NCBI GenBank assembly: GCA_002633005.1
Contig: NMRA01000102.1
Location: 850,345-914,344, forward strand
Source: Phoronis australis
Taxonomy: Eukaryota; Animalia; Phoronida
Reading direction: 5' to 3'
Length of the DNA: 64,000 nucleotides
Shown here: positions 40,551 to 52,099 of the stretch, piece after piece
Layout: every line of letters begins with the position of its first letter
How positions within the stretch are numbered: the first letter of the stretch is position 1
The notes under the pieces: generated by a model
What the model was told of the DNA's origin: nothing
The model's input: only the letters and a program-made list of their open reading frames with translations
The model's database searches: none
Made by a program: the position numbers and the translations under genes

Positions 40551-41011
40551 AGTTGTAGGGTACCTGGATGTGGTTCGTTCTTTAGCCTGGAATATCTCCG
40601 TTTCATGGACGAGGCCGATCCACATAGCCCACCCGAATTGCCGGTGTCATTATTATACCAGGGGTGTTCAGCACAATTGAAAATTCCAACAAAAATATCT
40701 CGTTACTGGTGCCAGACTACTGATTTACATAGTAGCATTGCGGTCTTTGCAATGGTTGTCGGTGAACGCCAGTGGTATTTTTTCTTCAATCGACGTCTCT
40801 GATATCTTCGTAGGAAGTCTGTGGCTTAAAAACGAGTGAATGGATTCAATAGCAACTGACCCCTTTTCAATATACCCACGCCATAAAAAGTTTCAGAAAT
40901 TTCGTCTCACTGTATTGTTAAGAAATAATGTGTCGTCACTGTGCCGAACGCGAGCTTAACACAGACACCAACTTGTTGCAGTGTAGTGTAAATGCTCGAA
41001 AGTAATCACCA

Positions 41012-41163
41012 GGGCTGAGTTGCACAAAGCTCCAAAAGTTATCCGCTGGATAAGTTTGATTGTTGCATGACGTCAAGTGCATTGTTCAACAATAGCGACG
41101 TGACGCGTGATTATGCGACGTCATTGTTGATATACGGCGTATAACTTTTATGCAACTGGGGCC
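41012..41163. mobile_element. Harbinger-like MITE (~150 bp)
   Basis: GGGCTGAGTTGCACAAAG / CTTTTATGCAACTGGGGCC ends. Confidence 0.55.
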
Positions 41164-44155
41164 TGGTGAAATAGCAGACGTTTTGAAAATTGTTCCGCAG
41201 GTTAGGTTCCTCAGGGTACTTTGTGCGGCCTTCAAAATACGTTGAACACCGAACTGTATATAAATGGTATTTCACCCGTTGAATAAATGTATGTGCGCAT
41301 ATGGGCTCGCAATATCACCCNTTCCTTAATGCCGGCTGCGGCGCTACACTTATTCCTATGCAGCCTTTCACTTGGTGTACATGTATGCTTTCACCTGCCA
41401 TGAGTTTGACCAGCTCTTACTGTACATGCTCATTACTGTCACTTTTTTATAGAAATTTCCCTTATTTGCATCTGAAATGCTTCAGTTCAATTTCCGTGCG
41501 GGTTACCTACACAGACGTACTGTACGTGTCTCCGCTTGTTTCTCGACCTATACCCCATACACCACACCTATCCATCTCCATCATCTGTCCTGCCTATCAT
41601 CCTTAGTACTACCAATAAATCATCATGTACAGACCAACATCTCCAATTCTACCCCTTTTTCTCCTCAAAACAACCCTAACCTTCCGGCCCGCTTACCTTG
41701 CACTTTCCACCCACACCAAGGCCACTACCAATACACCCACTACCACAAATCAAACCTCCATAAGTCACTTTTCCTTTCAGTTGGTGTCAGCATCACATTC
41801 ACCGCCCCGACCACACTCATTCTTTTCAGTAGCCCTCAAATATTCATAGTTCAAACTTTTCACACAACCCCACCGTCCCCGCCTTACCCCCTACGTCCAC
41901 ACCACTGGTAACCCTTTTGGATCGTGGATTCACCTCTTGCACTAATTACGTGTATTTGAAGAGTTTCCACCATGAACTTGTGTCTCAAAAAGAATTTTAT
42001 TAACATATCTTAAGAGATTGAATTGTCTTTAGTAGAACTGCTGCTAAGAAACAATCTAAAAATTTCACAAAAAATATTTTTTTCTGTTATTGGGGTTGTA
42101 CATTTACGTAATGAGTGGAAAACCGTCTCCGCCGTTGTTTTTACCATTTCATTACTGAGGAGTTATGAGGAAAGTCCGCGGAAAGCCGCCTTTTTCATAC
42201 ATAAAAGATTGTGTTTGTACAGGCTGTAATACATGTTGTGCAGAAACAGAATCGGTTTGTGGGCCGTACGAGAGTGTGGAATGTCAGTGGGGATCATGCG
42301 ATTCAGTCGGGAGCAACGTTTTGTTCGGAACTTTTCAAGTAATAATGTTTCGTCCGAACGTAAATTATTATTTGCAAATTTTATAAATAACGAACACACT
42401 GCTTCAACTCTAGGGCGAGTGATGCCAGGCACTCGATCAACCCCTGCCCAGACCGAGTGCCACGACACGTAGTCTAATGCATTTTGTTTAGACCGGAAAT
42501 ATAGTGAATACGAGTTACCCAGCTTTCCTGTGGACTTTGTCAGTGATTATGAAGTACATGTATTCATTTTGTGAATATTGACCCCTCTTGGTTCATTTGG
42601 TTGTGACTTACACATGTTTGTGGCAATTCTCTTGCCAGTTTGTCATGTTCATACTTCCTCACAGCCGACGAAAATTCGTTTAGTGGGAAATCGAAGTCTT
42701 AATCTTCAAGTAGTTGAGTGTGATGCCCGTGTCCACTCAGTTATCGCTCAAAACTGTCCTCGTCTTCTGATATGGCTGTGTTCCGCCATTGCAAGTGACC
42801 AATCGTCTTCCACCTATTACACTATTTGGCGGGAATCTTGTAAATAACAAATTTTTCTTCACATTAAAAATTCGCGACTATTTAGCATAAAAGAAGTTTT
42901 TGGTTAGATTTTGTGGTATTCATTTCATATTAGCTTACTGAATTTTCAAAAACTAAGAAAATGCATGGTGGGAACTGTTTAAGTTATTGTTACACAAAGA
43001 ATCCCGCTAGTATCCCGACGAAGGGCCTTGGATGGAGCGGACAGAAAGCTGGGTTCTCAATTACTAACAGAACTCCGACAGGTAACTATTTCATTCCCTG
43101 CCTAATGTTAATTTCTCTCTTGTTTTAGTCTGCATGTACTTTTGTAATTTACATGAACGGGTTTATTGATGTACAGTACGTTGCGTTATCCGTCTCATCG
43201 TTTAGTCAACCAATAACCTACAGGAAGCGCCACGACGCAATGGTAAGCGAACACCTGGCTCTTGTGTCGGCATGCGTGGGTGTTACTGCATCTGTGAATT
43301 CCATTTCGAGTATGAATAAAAAAAGGTTGTCAGGGCTTTCAGGGTGCTTTACTGAATCGTAATTCTCCGTTAAATCAAAGAAAAATGAAAAACTCACCGG
43401 TACTATCTATGGGCCTCATAATTCGATCAAAAAGGAAATTTCAAAAGGCTACGCTTTGGTTTGCTGAGTCTGACTTTCAACCTTCGCGTTAAGTGGGGAC
43501 ACACATGTCCCGTTTGTTAGACTTTTTTCAAAATTTCAGGTCCAGTATCGCTGGAATATATGGACTACCTCCATAAATACTCACATGGCAAGCGTTTTTA
43601 GTAAGAGTTTAGAAACAAAAGGACACCCGTGTCCCTAGAAGACACAGCGTGTAAATTGGCTGTGGACGCCATGCAGCAATTAGGCGTCAGCTTCAGACGA
43701 GCCAGAAGTATTGCATCTTTCCGATGCGACGTAAAGTTTCTACTTAAAACACTTTTAGCAAATACAATATACGGCCAGCACCACCGAGTGCTTAGGAAAT
43801 GGTAAATCACGTTATGTCCCTTTGTTATACCCCTGGGTGTTTCTTCCATGCATTTGTGAACCTTGCTTTCAAGTGGCCTTCTTCACAGACTGCAAACGTC
43901 AGGGCACCATCAGACCTGTTGGAGTTGTTAAAATAATGCTTGCCCGTGGTGTTCTTTGGTGTCGTAGTCGGATATAACATTCCCGCATTTTAATTTTAGA
44001 ACCTGTTTCATCCCCGTTATTCAGTGGACAAAAGTGGTTCTCAAAAGTCGGACTTGTTACTGTTCATCGCTTCGTTTTCTAGCCTTTGACAGTTAGTTTC
44101 GACTGTCTGTTACATGTAGTTGGATTGACTATTTCTTGAATAGCTACTGTATTAA

Positions 44156-44483
44156 AGGCCTATGGTCCGAGTTATAGAAGAAAAAAACCTCTTAACGCCG
44201 TTTAAGCCGGTTTTTTGATGTGACATGGAGTTCAAAAAGTTATTAACTTTCAATTTGTGCAAAAAGTTTGAAAAAAATCGTTGTAAATACTACAAACGAA
44301 TGAAATGTTTACAAAGAATTTAGTATCCCGACCGCTAAACAAATTATAAACATTACAACAACGCATGCGCAGCCACAGATCTAGAGGTCAACAGAATTTA
44401 TACAAATGGCGGGGAGAAGTATATCTATGAAGTGTACGTCCGAAGGCGAAACGCAGTCGTCCTGCTCTACGAGATTCAGAAAA
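44156..44483. mobile_element. Left end of a probable Kolobok-type insertion running into the gap
   Basis: gtaTTAA|AGGCCTATGGTCC versus empty site gtaTTAAtctcg at 48005; TTAA+AGG terminus like the other two Koloboks; right end not visible. Confidence 0.6.
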
Positions 44484-45090
44484 NNNNNNNNNNNNNNNNN
44501 NNNNNNNNNNNNNNNNNNNNNNNNNNNNNNNNNNNNNNNNNNNNNNNNNNNNNNNNNNNNNNNNNNNNNNNNNNNNNNNNNNNNNNNNNNNNNNNNNNNN
44601 NNNNNNNNNNNNNNNNNNNNNNNNNNNNNNNNNNNNNNNNNNNNNNNNNNNNNNNNNNNNNNNNNNNNNNNNNNNNNNNNNNNNNNNNNNNNNNNNNNNN
44701 NNNNNNNNNNNNNNNNNNNNNNNNNNNNNNNNNNNNNNNNNNNNNNNNNNNNNNNNNNNNNNNNNNNNNNNNNNNNNNNNNNNNNNNNNNNNNNNNNNNN
44801 NNNNNNNNNNNNNNNNNNNNNNNNNNNNNNNNNNNNNNNNNNNNNNNNNNNNNNNNNNNNNNNNNNNNNNNNNNNNNNNNNNNNNNNNNNNNNNNNNNNN
44901 NNNNNNNNNNNNNNNNNNNNNNNNNNNNNNNNNNNNNNNNNNNNNNNNNNNNNNNNNNNNNNNNNNNNNNNNNNNNNNNNNNNNNNNNNNNNNNNNNNNN
45001 NNNNNNNNNNNNNNNNNNNNNNNNNNNNNNNNNNNNNNNNNNNNNNNNNNNNNNNNNNNNNNNNNNNNNNNNNNNNNNNNNNNNNNNNNN
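44484..45090. other. Assembly gap (N run)
   Basis: Run of n. Confidence 0.99.
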
Positions 45091-46973
45091 ATTTTCAAAA
45101 ACTAAGAAAATGCATGGTGGAGACTGTTTAAGTTATTGTTACACAAAGAATCCCGCTAGTATCCCGACGAAGGAACTTAGATGGAGCGGACAGAAAGCTG
45201 GGTCCTCAGTTACTAACAGAACTCCGATAGGTAACTATTTCATTCCCTGCCTAATGTTATTTTCTCTCTTGTTTTAGTCTGCAGGTACTTTTGTATTTTA
45301 CATGAACGGGTGTATTGATGTACAGTACGTTGCGTTATCCGTCCCATCGTTTAGTCAACCAATAACCTACAGGAAGCGGAACGACGCAATGGTAAGCGAA
45401 CACCTGGCGCTTGTGTCGGCATTTGGTTAAATATGAAGGACATGCTTTCAGAACTAAGCTCACACAATGTGAAGAACTCCGGTAACTCAATGACTTTTCA
45501 TGTAATGGCTGATAAGAGCTATGTTGAGACTTGTGTTTTGTTTTTGAGATACTCATTTGTTTTCCGGAACTATACTGAAATTAAACTATTTAGTTTTTGC
45601 GATTATTTTGGAGTCCGCTTTAACCTGTCGTCTTTCTTTTCTTTCCAAATGACCGCTGATGTATGTTCGTTTCATTTTAACCTTATGAAAAGTGAAACTA
45701 CAGTTAAATGTCGGACTGAATTGCTGAGACATTAGAGAACGTATTGTATATGTTTAACAAAGGTAAACAAAAAATTACATTACAAATTATTGTTTTTATA
45801 TCGTATCATTAGATTGAGAATCCTAGTAATCGTGAGATTTTTTGAAATAATAAACAATGCGACGAACGTACATGTATATTAGGGCGATTTCCCCGCCACC
45901 CCACTTTCACGCGTGACTATACGTATACACGCACCATTGCTCCATCGTTGACTACATGTACATGTATATTGAAAATTTACAGCAATACAAAATGTCCCCA
46001 AAAGCAAAATAAATTAACAGGAAATCTTGAAATGTTGTTTACTTAATGCATCGAAGCGACAAGTTTTTGTTCTCGACTGCTCTCTTGGCGTAACTATTCA
46101 CATAAATGAAAATTCCAAAACAAAATCTTGAGTTGGAGCCCTGCTTCTGCAAGTTGAGACCCCTGATTCGCGTCGGCCCTTAAGCTGTACCTTAGTATTG
46201 CTTAACAGATAATGCCGCACTGGTCACATTACATCGTCAAAACGTCTACTATTTGACCCACGATGAAATTAACTTATTGGCATACAGGTGTATATAATTT
46301 TAATACTCTAATCGACTGTACACACCAAACGCTGTTGGAATAAGCGTGGGTGTTACTGCATCTGTGAATTCCATTTTGAGCATGAATAAAACAGTTGTCA
46401 GGGCTTTCAGAGTGGTTTACTGACTCGTAATTTTCCGTTAAATCAAAGGAAAATGAAAAAACTCACCGGTACTATCTATGGGTCTCATCACTCGATCAAA
46501 AAGGAAATTTCAAAAGGCTACGCTTTGGTTTGCTGAGTCTCACTTTCAACCTTCGCGTTCAGTGGGGACACAGATGTCCCGTTTGTTAGACTTTTTTCAA
46601 AATTTCAGCTCCGGTATCGCTAGAATATATGGACTACCTCCATAAATACTCAAATGGCAAGCGTTTTTCGTAGGAGTTTAGAAACAAAAGGACACCCGTG
46701 TCCCTAGAAGACACAGCGTGTAAATTGGCTGTGGGCGCCATGCAGCAATTAGGCGCCAGCTTCAGACGAGCCAGAAGTATTGCATCTTTCCGATGCGACG
46801 TAAAGTTTCTACTTAAAACACTTTTAGCAAATACAATATACGGCCAGTACCACCGAGTGCTTAGGAAAAGGTAAATCACGTTATGTCCCTTTGTTATACC
46901 CCTGGGCGTTTCTTCCATGCATTTGTGAACCTTGCTTTCAAGTGGCCTTCTTCACAGACTGCAAACGTCAGGG

Positions 46974-47748
46974 TAGCCAGCCAGCTAGCTGTATGAAGAC
47001 TGTCGTCAAAATACAGCTAGGTCCCACTGCGTGTATTTCTTCCGTAGACAGCGAAATTGCACACAGCCAAGGTAGTTCTGCTCGTCACCGCGCCATGAAA
47101 CTTGTATCAACATATAAAGCTAAAGACCGGACGGTGTGCATGCAAAATCTGGGAGTCAACCGACACTCACCTTTCCCGTTACAGCCGTTTAAGTGAAAAA
47201 CAATGCAATAAACGTCATTTTCTTGCGTAACTCTCTGCCTTTTCTAACAATGAAAAGTATTTCGTCGTTTTGAAAACAGTACGCTCGTGTCACGCGCACG
47301 CGCCATTTCCTAAATTTTTGCGACATCCCTCGGGAGATAATGATAGCTTGGAAGCAACAAAATTTCTTCTGAAATTTGATTTTTCGGTACCAAAATTCTA
47401 AAAACTTTTAATGAGGTGAAACCAGTTCTGATAATTTGTTGTGACGTGTACGCAACCTCGTGAAAGAACAACAGTTGATTGAAGAATCGGCGAAAAAAGA
47501 AACTGGCCAATAGGTGACGCAAAATTTCATGGCGCCGAAAGCGGTCGCTAAAGATCGCTCCACAACTTTAGCAGCAGAATAACGGTAGAACGCCATTTTT
47601 GCCGATACCGTTAAATTATTTAAATTACTCAAGGAAGACTTTAGTGTTTAATGACGCTAATTTTGTGTCAGATTTCATCTTACCACTTTTTTACCCGCAT
47701 CGGTGCAAAGCTGTATATTAATACATATACAGCTTTGTACCAAGGCTA
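46974..47748. mobile_element. 775-bp non-coding insertion with 9-bp TSD and TAGCC/GGCTA ends
   Basis: TSD ACGTCAGGG at 46965-46973 and 47749-47757; single copy at the empty site (~43896). Confidence 0.85.
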
Positions 47749-50700
47749 ACGTCAGGGCACCATCAGACCTGTTGGAGTTGTTAAAATAATGCTTGCCCGT
47801 GGTGTTCTTTGGTGTCGTAGTCGGATATAACATTCCAGCATTTTAATTTTAGAACCTGTTTCATCCCCGTTATTCAGTGGGCAAAAGTGGTTCTCAAAAG
47901 TCGGGCTCGTTACTGTTCATCGCTTCGTTTTCTAGCCTTTGACAGTTAGTTTCGACTGTCTGTTACATGTAGTTGGATTGACTATTTCTTGAATAGCTAC
48001 TGTATTAATCTCGAAATTAGGAATGGATGCATCTGAAAATGTCAACATAACCAAGGTAGGAAAGTAATTAATAAAGTTTGCTCAAAAATATTTTAATATC
48101 ACTCGCTAAATCACACACTATAAATCTACAACTGACAATCCATAAACATCCAAGAATAAACGTAAGCGCGGAAGAACTTCATACCGTAGTGTATGGTAAC
48201 GTAAGCCGGGCTGCGTTCCGTACTTGGCAGTAATGTGATCACGTGCGTTGCATCAAACGCATGACAATAGCAAGCATTTTCGTGATCTTGCGCTTTGGCC
48301 ACTACTTTCTCAGGTCTCCAGGGTGCAGTCCTACAGTGACATGTTATTGAAGCCCAGGGTTTTTTTTTAGAGAAAAGCCCTCCTTTTGCAGAGTTCCGAA
48401 TTTAAGGATGTGTAGGATTTGAACCCTTCGAAATGCATAAAATAAAATGAAAGTCCCCTTTGACGTAAAAAACTAACAATTCGTGTTTTCTTGCAAGCAT
48501 GAAGTTATGTTCAAAGTTCAGGTCCAGACTGTGAACTTCTGTGTTGGTAATTTACGGGGAAAAGGCATCCGTTTGTTGAGAATCTGGACTGTAAAAAGGC
48601 GTCGGAGTGGACCGTAAGTGCAACACTGTTCCAACTGATTTTAGCTGGGATCTGCTAAGCAGCAATTCCGCGGTCTTGTTTATTCGTGGATATGATCCCA
48701 AATCTGTTTTTGAATAAACACTACAAGCGTTAATATAAAAAACGTCCAAGTCTTGTTATTACAGGTACTACATGTAAATGACACAAAGCGCCTAAACTTT
48801 TGATTTTAGCATTTTAGCAGCGCCTTACGAACGTGATCGCTTGCCTCCACGCAGGGTTAACTTTCGAGCCACATACGACTCAATTGGAAACTCAAGCCTG
48901 AAAAAATTACAAGCGAGTCATTCAATTTTCAAAGTGTCAAATGAGCCAACGATATTTTACAGGTGACGGAACCTCATGTTATGGATATGTCTTAAGCAGT
49001 AATATGGAACCAATCAGCATACAATTCATCCAACAGCGGCAAACTATCCACTAGGTGTAATATTCTTCCAGCGTGAGACCTAAGACCACGTTCTCCGGCG
49101 TGTTATTAGTTCCAATGAGAAAAGTTTGAACTGGTACCGGTACTCATCAAGTTCTGTTGCCAAGGCATCGTTTTCGAAGGATGTGAACAAGACTTTAAAG
49201 ATGTCAAAGGCAATTTCTTCATACTGCAATTTGACGATTATACAAATACAAAAGAGAAAGTTGCAGTGGCAACATTCTTTGGACATCGTGTCACGGTGAC
49301 ATTCCAACGTTTCCCAGAGACGTTTACAATATTTCTTTAGTTTGATACTTACTGATTTCTTTCAAAACTAATTAACTAGAAGCAGCAAGTATACCCATAA
49401 GCAAATCCCACAAAGCTGACTACAAAGATCTACAAACACACTGATAAACATGACATGTTTTGGTTTACAGGAATAACAAGTTCATGAATAAGTACTTTCA
49501 TAGCATAGCGTACACTTAGGCCCATGCGCGTGCTCGTATCCGAAATCATGCGTTTTTTAGATATTTCTTTTTACCTACTTTAAGCACATAAACGCATGTG
49601 CTTTAAGATCACTACCCTTTACAAATGATTTTGCCCGATACTGGTGTTTGTTCCATTCGTTTGTTTTGCAAACGTTCATAATACATTTGACAGCATAAGG
49701 TGCTAAACTGAACGCATGCCAACCTCTACGATATTGCAGTGGATAAGTGGAGTCACACTCATATAGCATTTTGAGCTTGAGCTCATCGGTTTTACTCGAA
49801 TGTTTCACAATTATAGCTACCTAATTCAGACAAGTGTCCGTGTAGCTTCACATATGGTCGCATGGGCCTAAGTTCTAGTGAATACACAGTAAACATCAAG
49901 TTCTCACAACTAACCAAAATTTTGTATCAGAAAACAGCTTTTTGATTCCGGCCAACTTGATGGCAATCGCAAGTAGGTGGATTATATGCGAAACAATGCC
50001 GCCAGTCTCCACTTCTGGCGGTTCCCCGGCTATTTTGCATTCTTCATCATCTTCCAAGTCCCAATGGTATAGTCTAAAAATAAAGCAATCACAAAGTCTT
50101 GGCATATTAGTTGATGAATTTTATACGAAATATTAAAAACGAATTCTGAAACGTATCACCTACATTTCACATTTATACTACTGTATTTGCGCGTAGCGTT
50201 AACATGCTTATTGTGCTTCCGAGTCCAGTAAACAGGAAAAATTAATAAAGCTGTATATCAAGTCTGAGCTAAAAATGCTCTGCACCAAAATCTGTTTTGA
50301 AACATTATTCTGGCATAATGAGTTTATTTCACTTATTGCCGGACTTTGAAAAAATCGCCTGCTGTTTATTGAATATCCGAATGCAAGAAAATTAGAAAAG
50401 AAAGATTGTGATTTAAGAAAGCTAAATATTTTAAACAAAACCTATTACTTTTTGTAACATCCAAATAACAGATCGGCACCTATGTGACTTTTATTGTATC
50501 TTCATAACTAACATAAACTGTTATCTAGAATCTCCCGAGTGCTAATATGAATGTGCATTTATTTTTGAGATTATGAAAACCAAGCGACACTCAAGTATGA
50601 AAAAAATTAATGTTCAGCTATAGTTGGAATATTTGTGTTAGTAACGTGGACGAACAATCCTAACACGATGAATACGTGTAACAGCACAAGCTTAATTGGT

Positions 50701-52099
50701 CCCTGGATATTTGACTTCACATGCAACTTACGTAAAACTCATGGAATAAGTTGGTAGATACATGTACATGTAACAAAGGAATCGTACCCCACCCCCTTTG
50801 GCGAAGTGAGCAAAAAAGGTCCGCCTCAGAGAAACAAAAAGGCCGAGAAAACGAGACAAAAGTCCATTAAAAAGGCGCAAAGGTACGATTCACAGCTCTG
50901 AACGTGTTACCCCGTTTTTTTTCTTTTCTTGTTTTTATTTCTTTATTTTTTTTAGTCCTTCCGCTATTTTTGTTAGAAAAAGGTCCACATTGCCAGACAG
51001 TCGAGCCCCCCCATATTAAAGACTGGGTGCGCGCATGCCTTGTCCATGTAATCTCCCTTATGCCTAATCGTGACATGGAGTCTGTTTCCTTTACCAGTTA
51101 ACCTACTTAGGTTGGTGACGTTTTGAGTTGCGAAATGACAACATGCGTTGAGAGGCTTTACCTAAAGAAAACACATCATTTAATTTTATAAATCTTAAAA
51201 TGAACTTGTAGCTAAATGTATGTCACATGCGTGAATAAGAATTACAACACAAACGATCCTGCTCTACATGAATACTCTTGGGTGGACGACAAACACACCG
51301 TGAGTTTGGGAGAATGGCATCTAAAGTTGTCAACAGACAACAGTACCACGTGCTCCCCCTAACAATACGCAGATGTTACAATTTGAAATTCGACTATCTG
51401 ATTTCTTCAACCATTAATGTAATTGAAAAACCTAGAAATTACAGTTGCCTTTTCGCATAGGTAGCTATACTTTGAAATTCCCACTTTACATTTTCATGCT
51501 CCATTAGCGATAAAAATACACCCTTTAACGCAGTTGAAATCATAGATTCGTGGACTAGAATGATGGTAAATTGTTCCACTTCAGATTATAAAGATCATGG
51601 TTTAGATAAGCTTCTGAAATGGCAACATGTAATGTATGTTGCTTGATTAACAAACAAATGCAAGACAACCAAAGAGAAATAACCATGAAGCACTTGGCGA
51701 GGTGTTTCCAAAAAGTTGTCGTATGTATAAAAATCCACAAATCGGTTAATTTTCCTTGTCTATGTTATGTTTGACTAACGTTGATGCGTACCTTTACGAT
51801 CGTATCTTTTCGTGTCAAATCGATCTCACTTCCGTGCTCCTTTATTCCCTTAAAAGCAACAAAAGAAAAAATGACGTGGAGACATCTTCAACACCTTCGC
51901 TTGCAAACGATAGTTGACGTTGTCACGTGACAGAACTCACAGTGTATTTCATCACACTGAGATAACGTCTCCGACTATACTATAACGTTTTCTATATGCA
52001 CAATACGAAACACCAGACGACCTACTGCCTGCATTTTTAAAGATATTATGATATTTTCTGAAATCCGTCAATTCTTGAAAACGTGTACAGCAGCTTTTT

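Larger units (their letters stand above)
42942..48008. repeat. Near-identical direct duplication: 42942-44155 vs 45091-48008, across an N gap
   Basis: Collinear; copy 2 has extra segments 45423-46343 and 46974-47748; copy 1 diverges at TTAA 44152-44155. Confidence 0.9.

Noticed and set aside
43598-46918. Conserved ORF pair MEETPRGITKG..
   Set aside because: Similarity is explained by the duplication; stops differ and no domain is recognisable.
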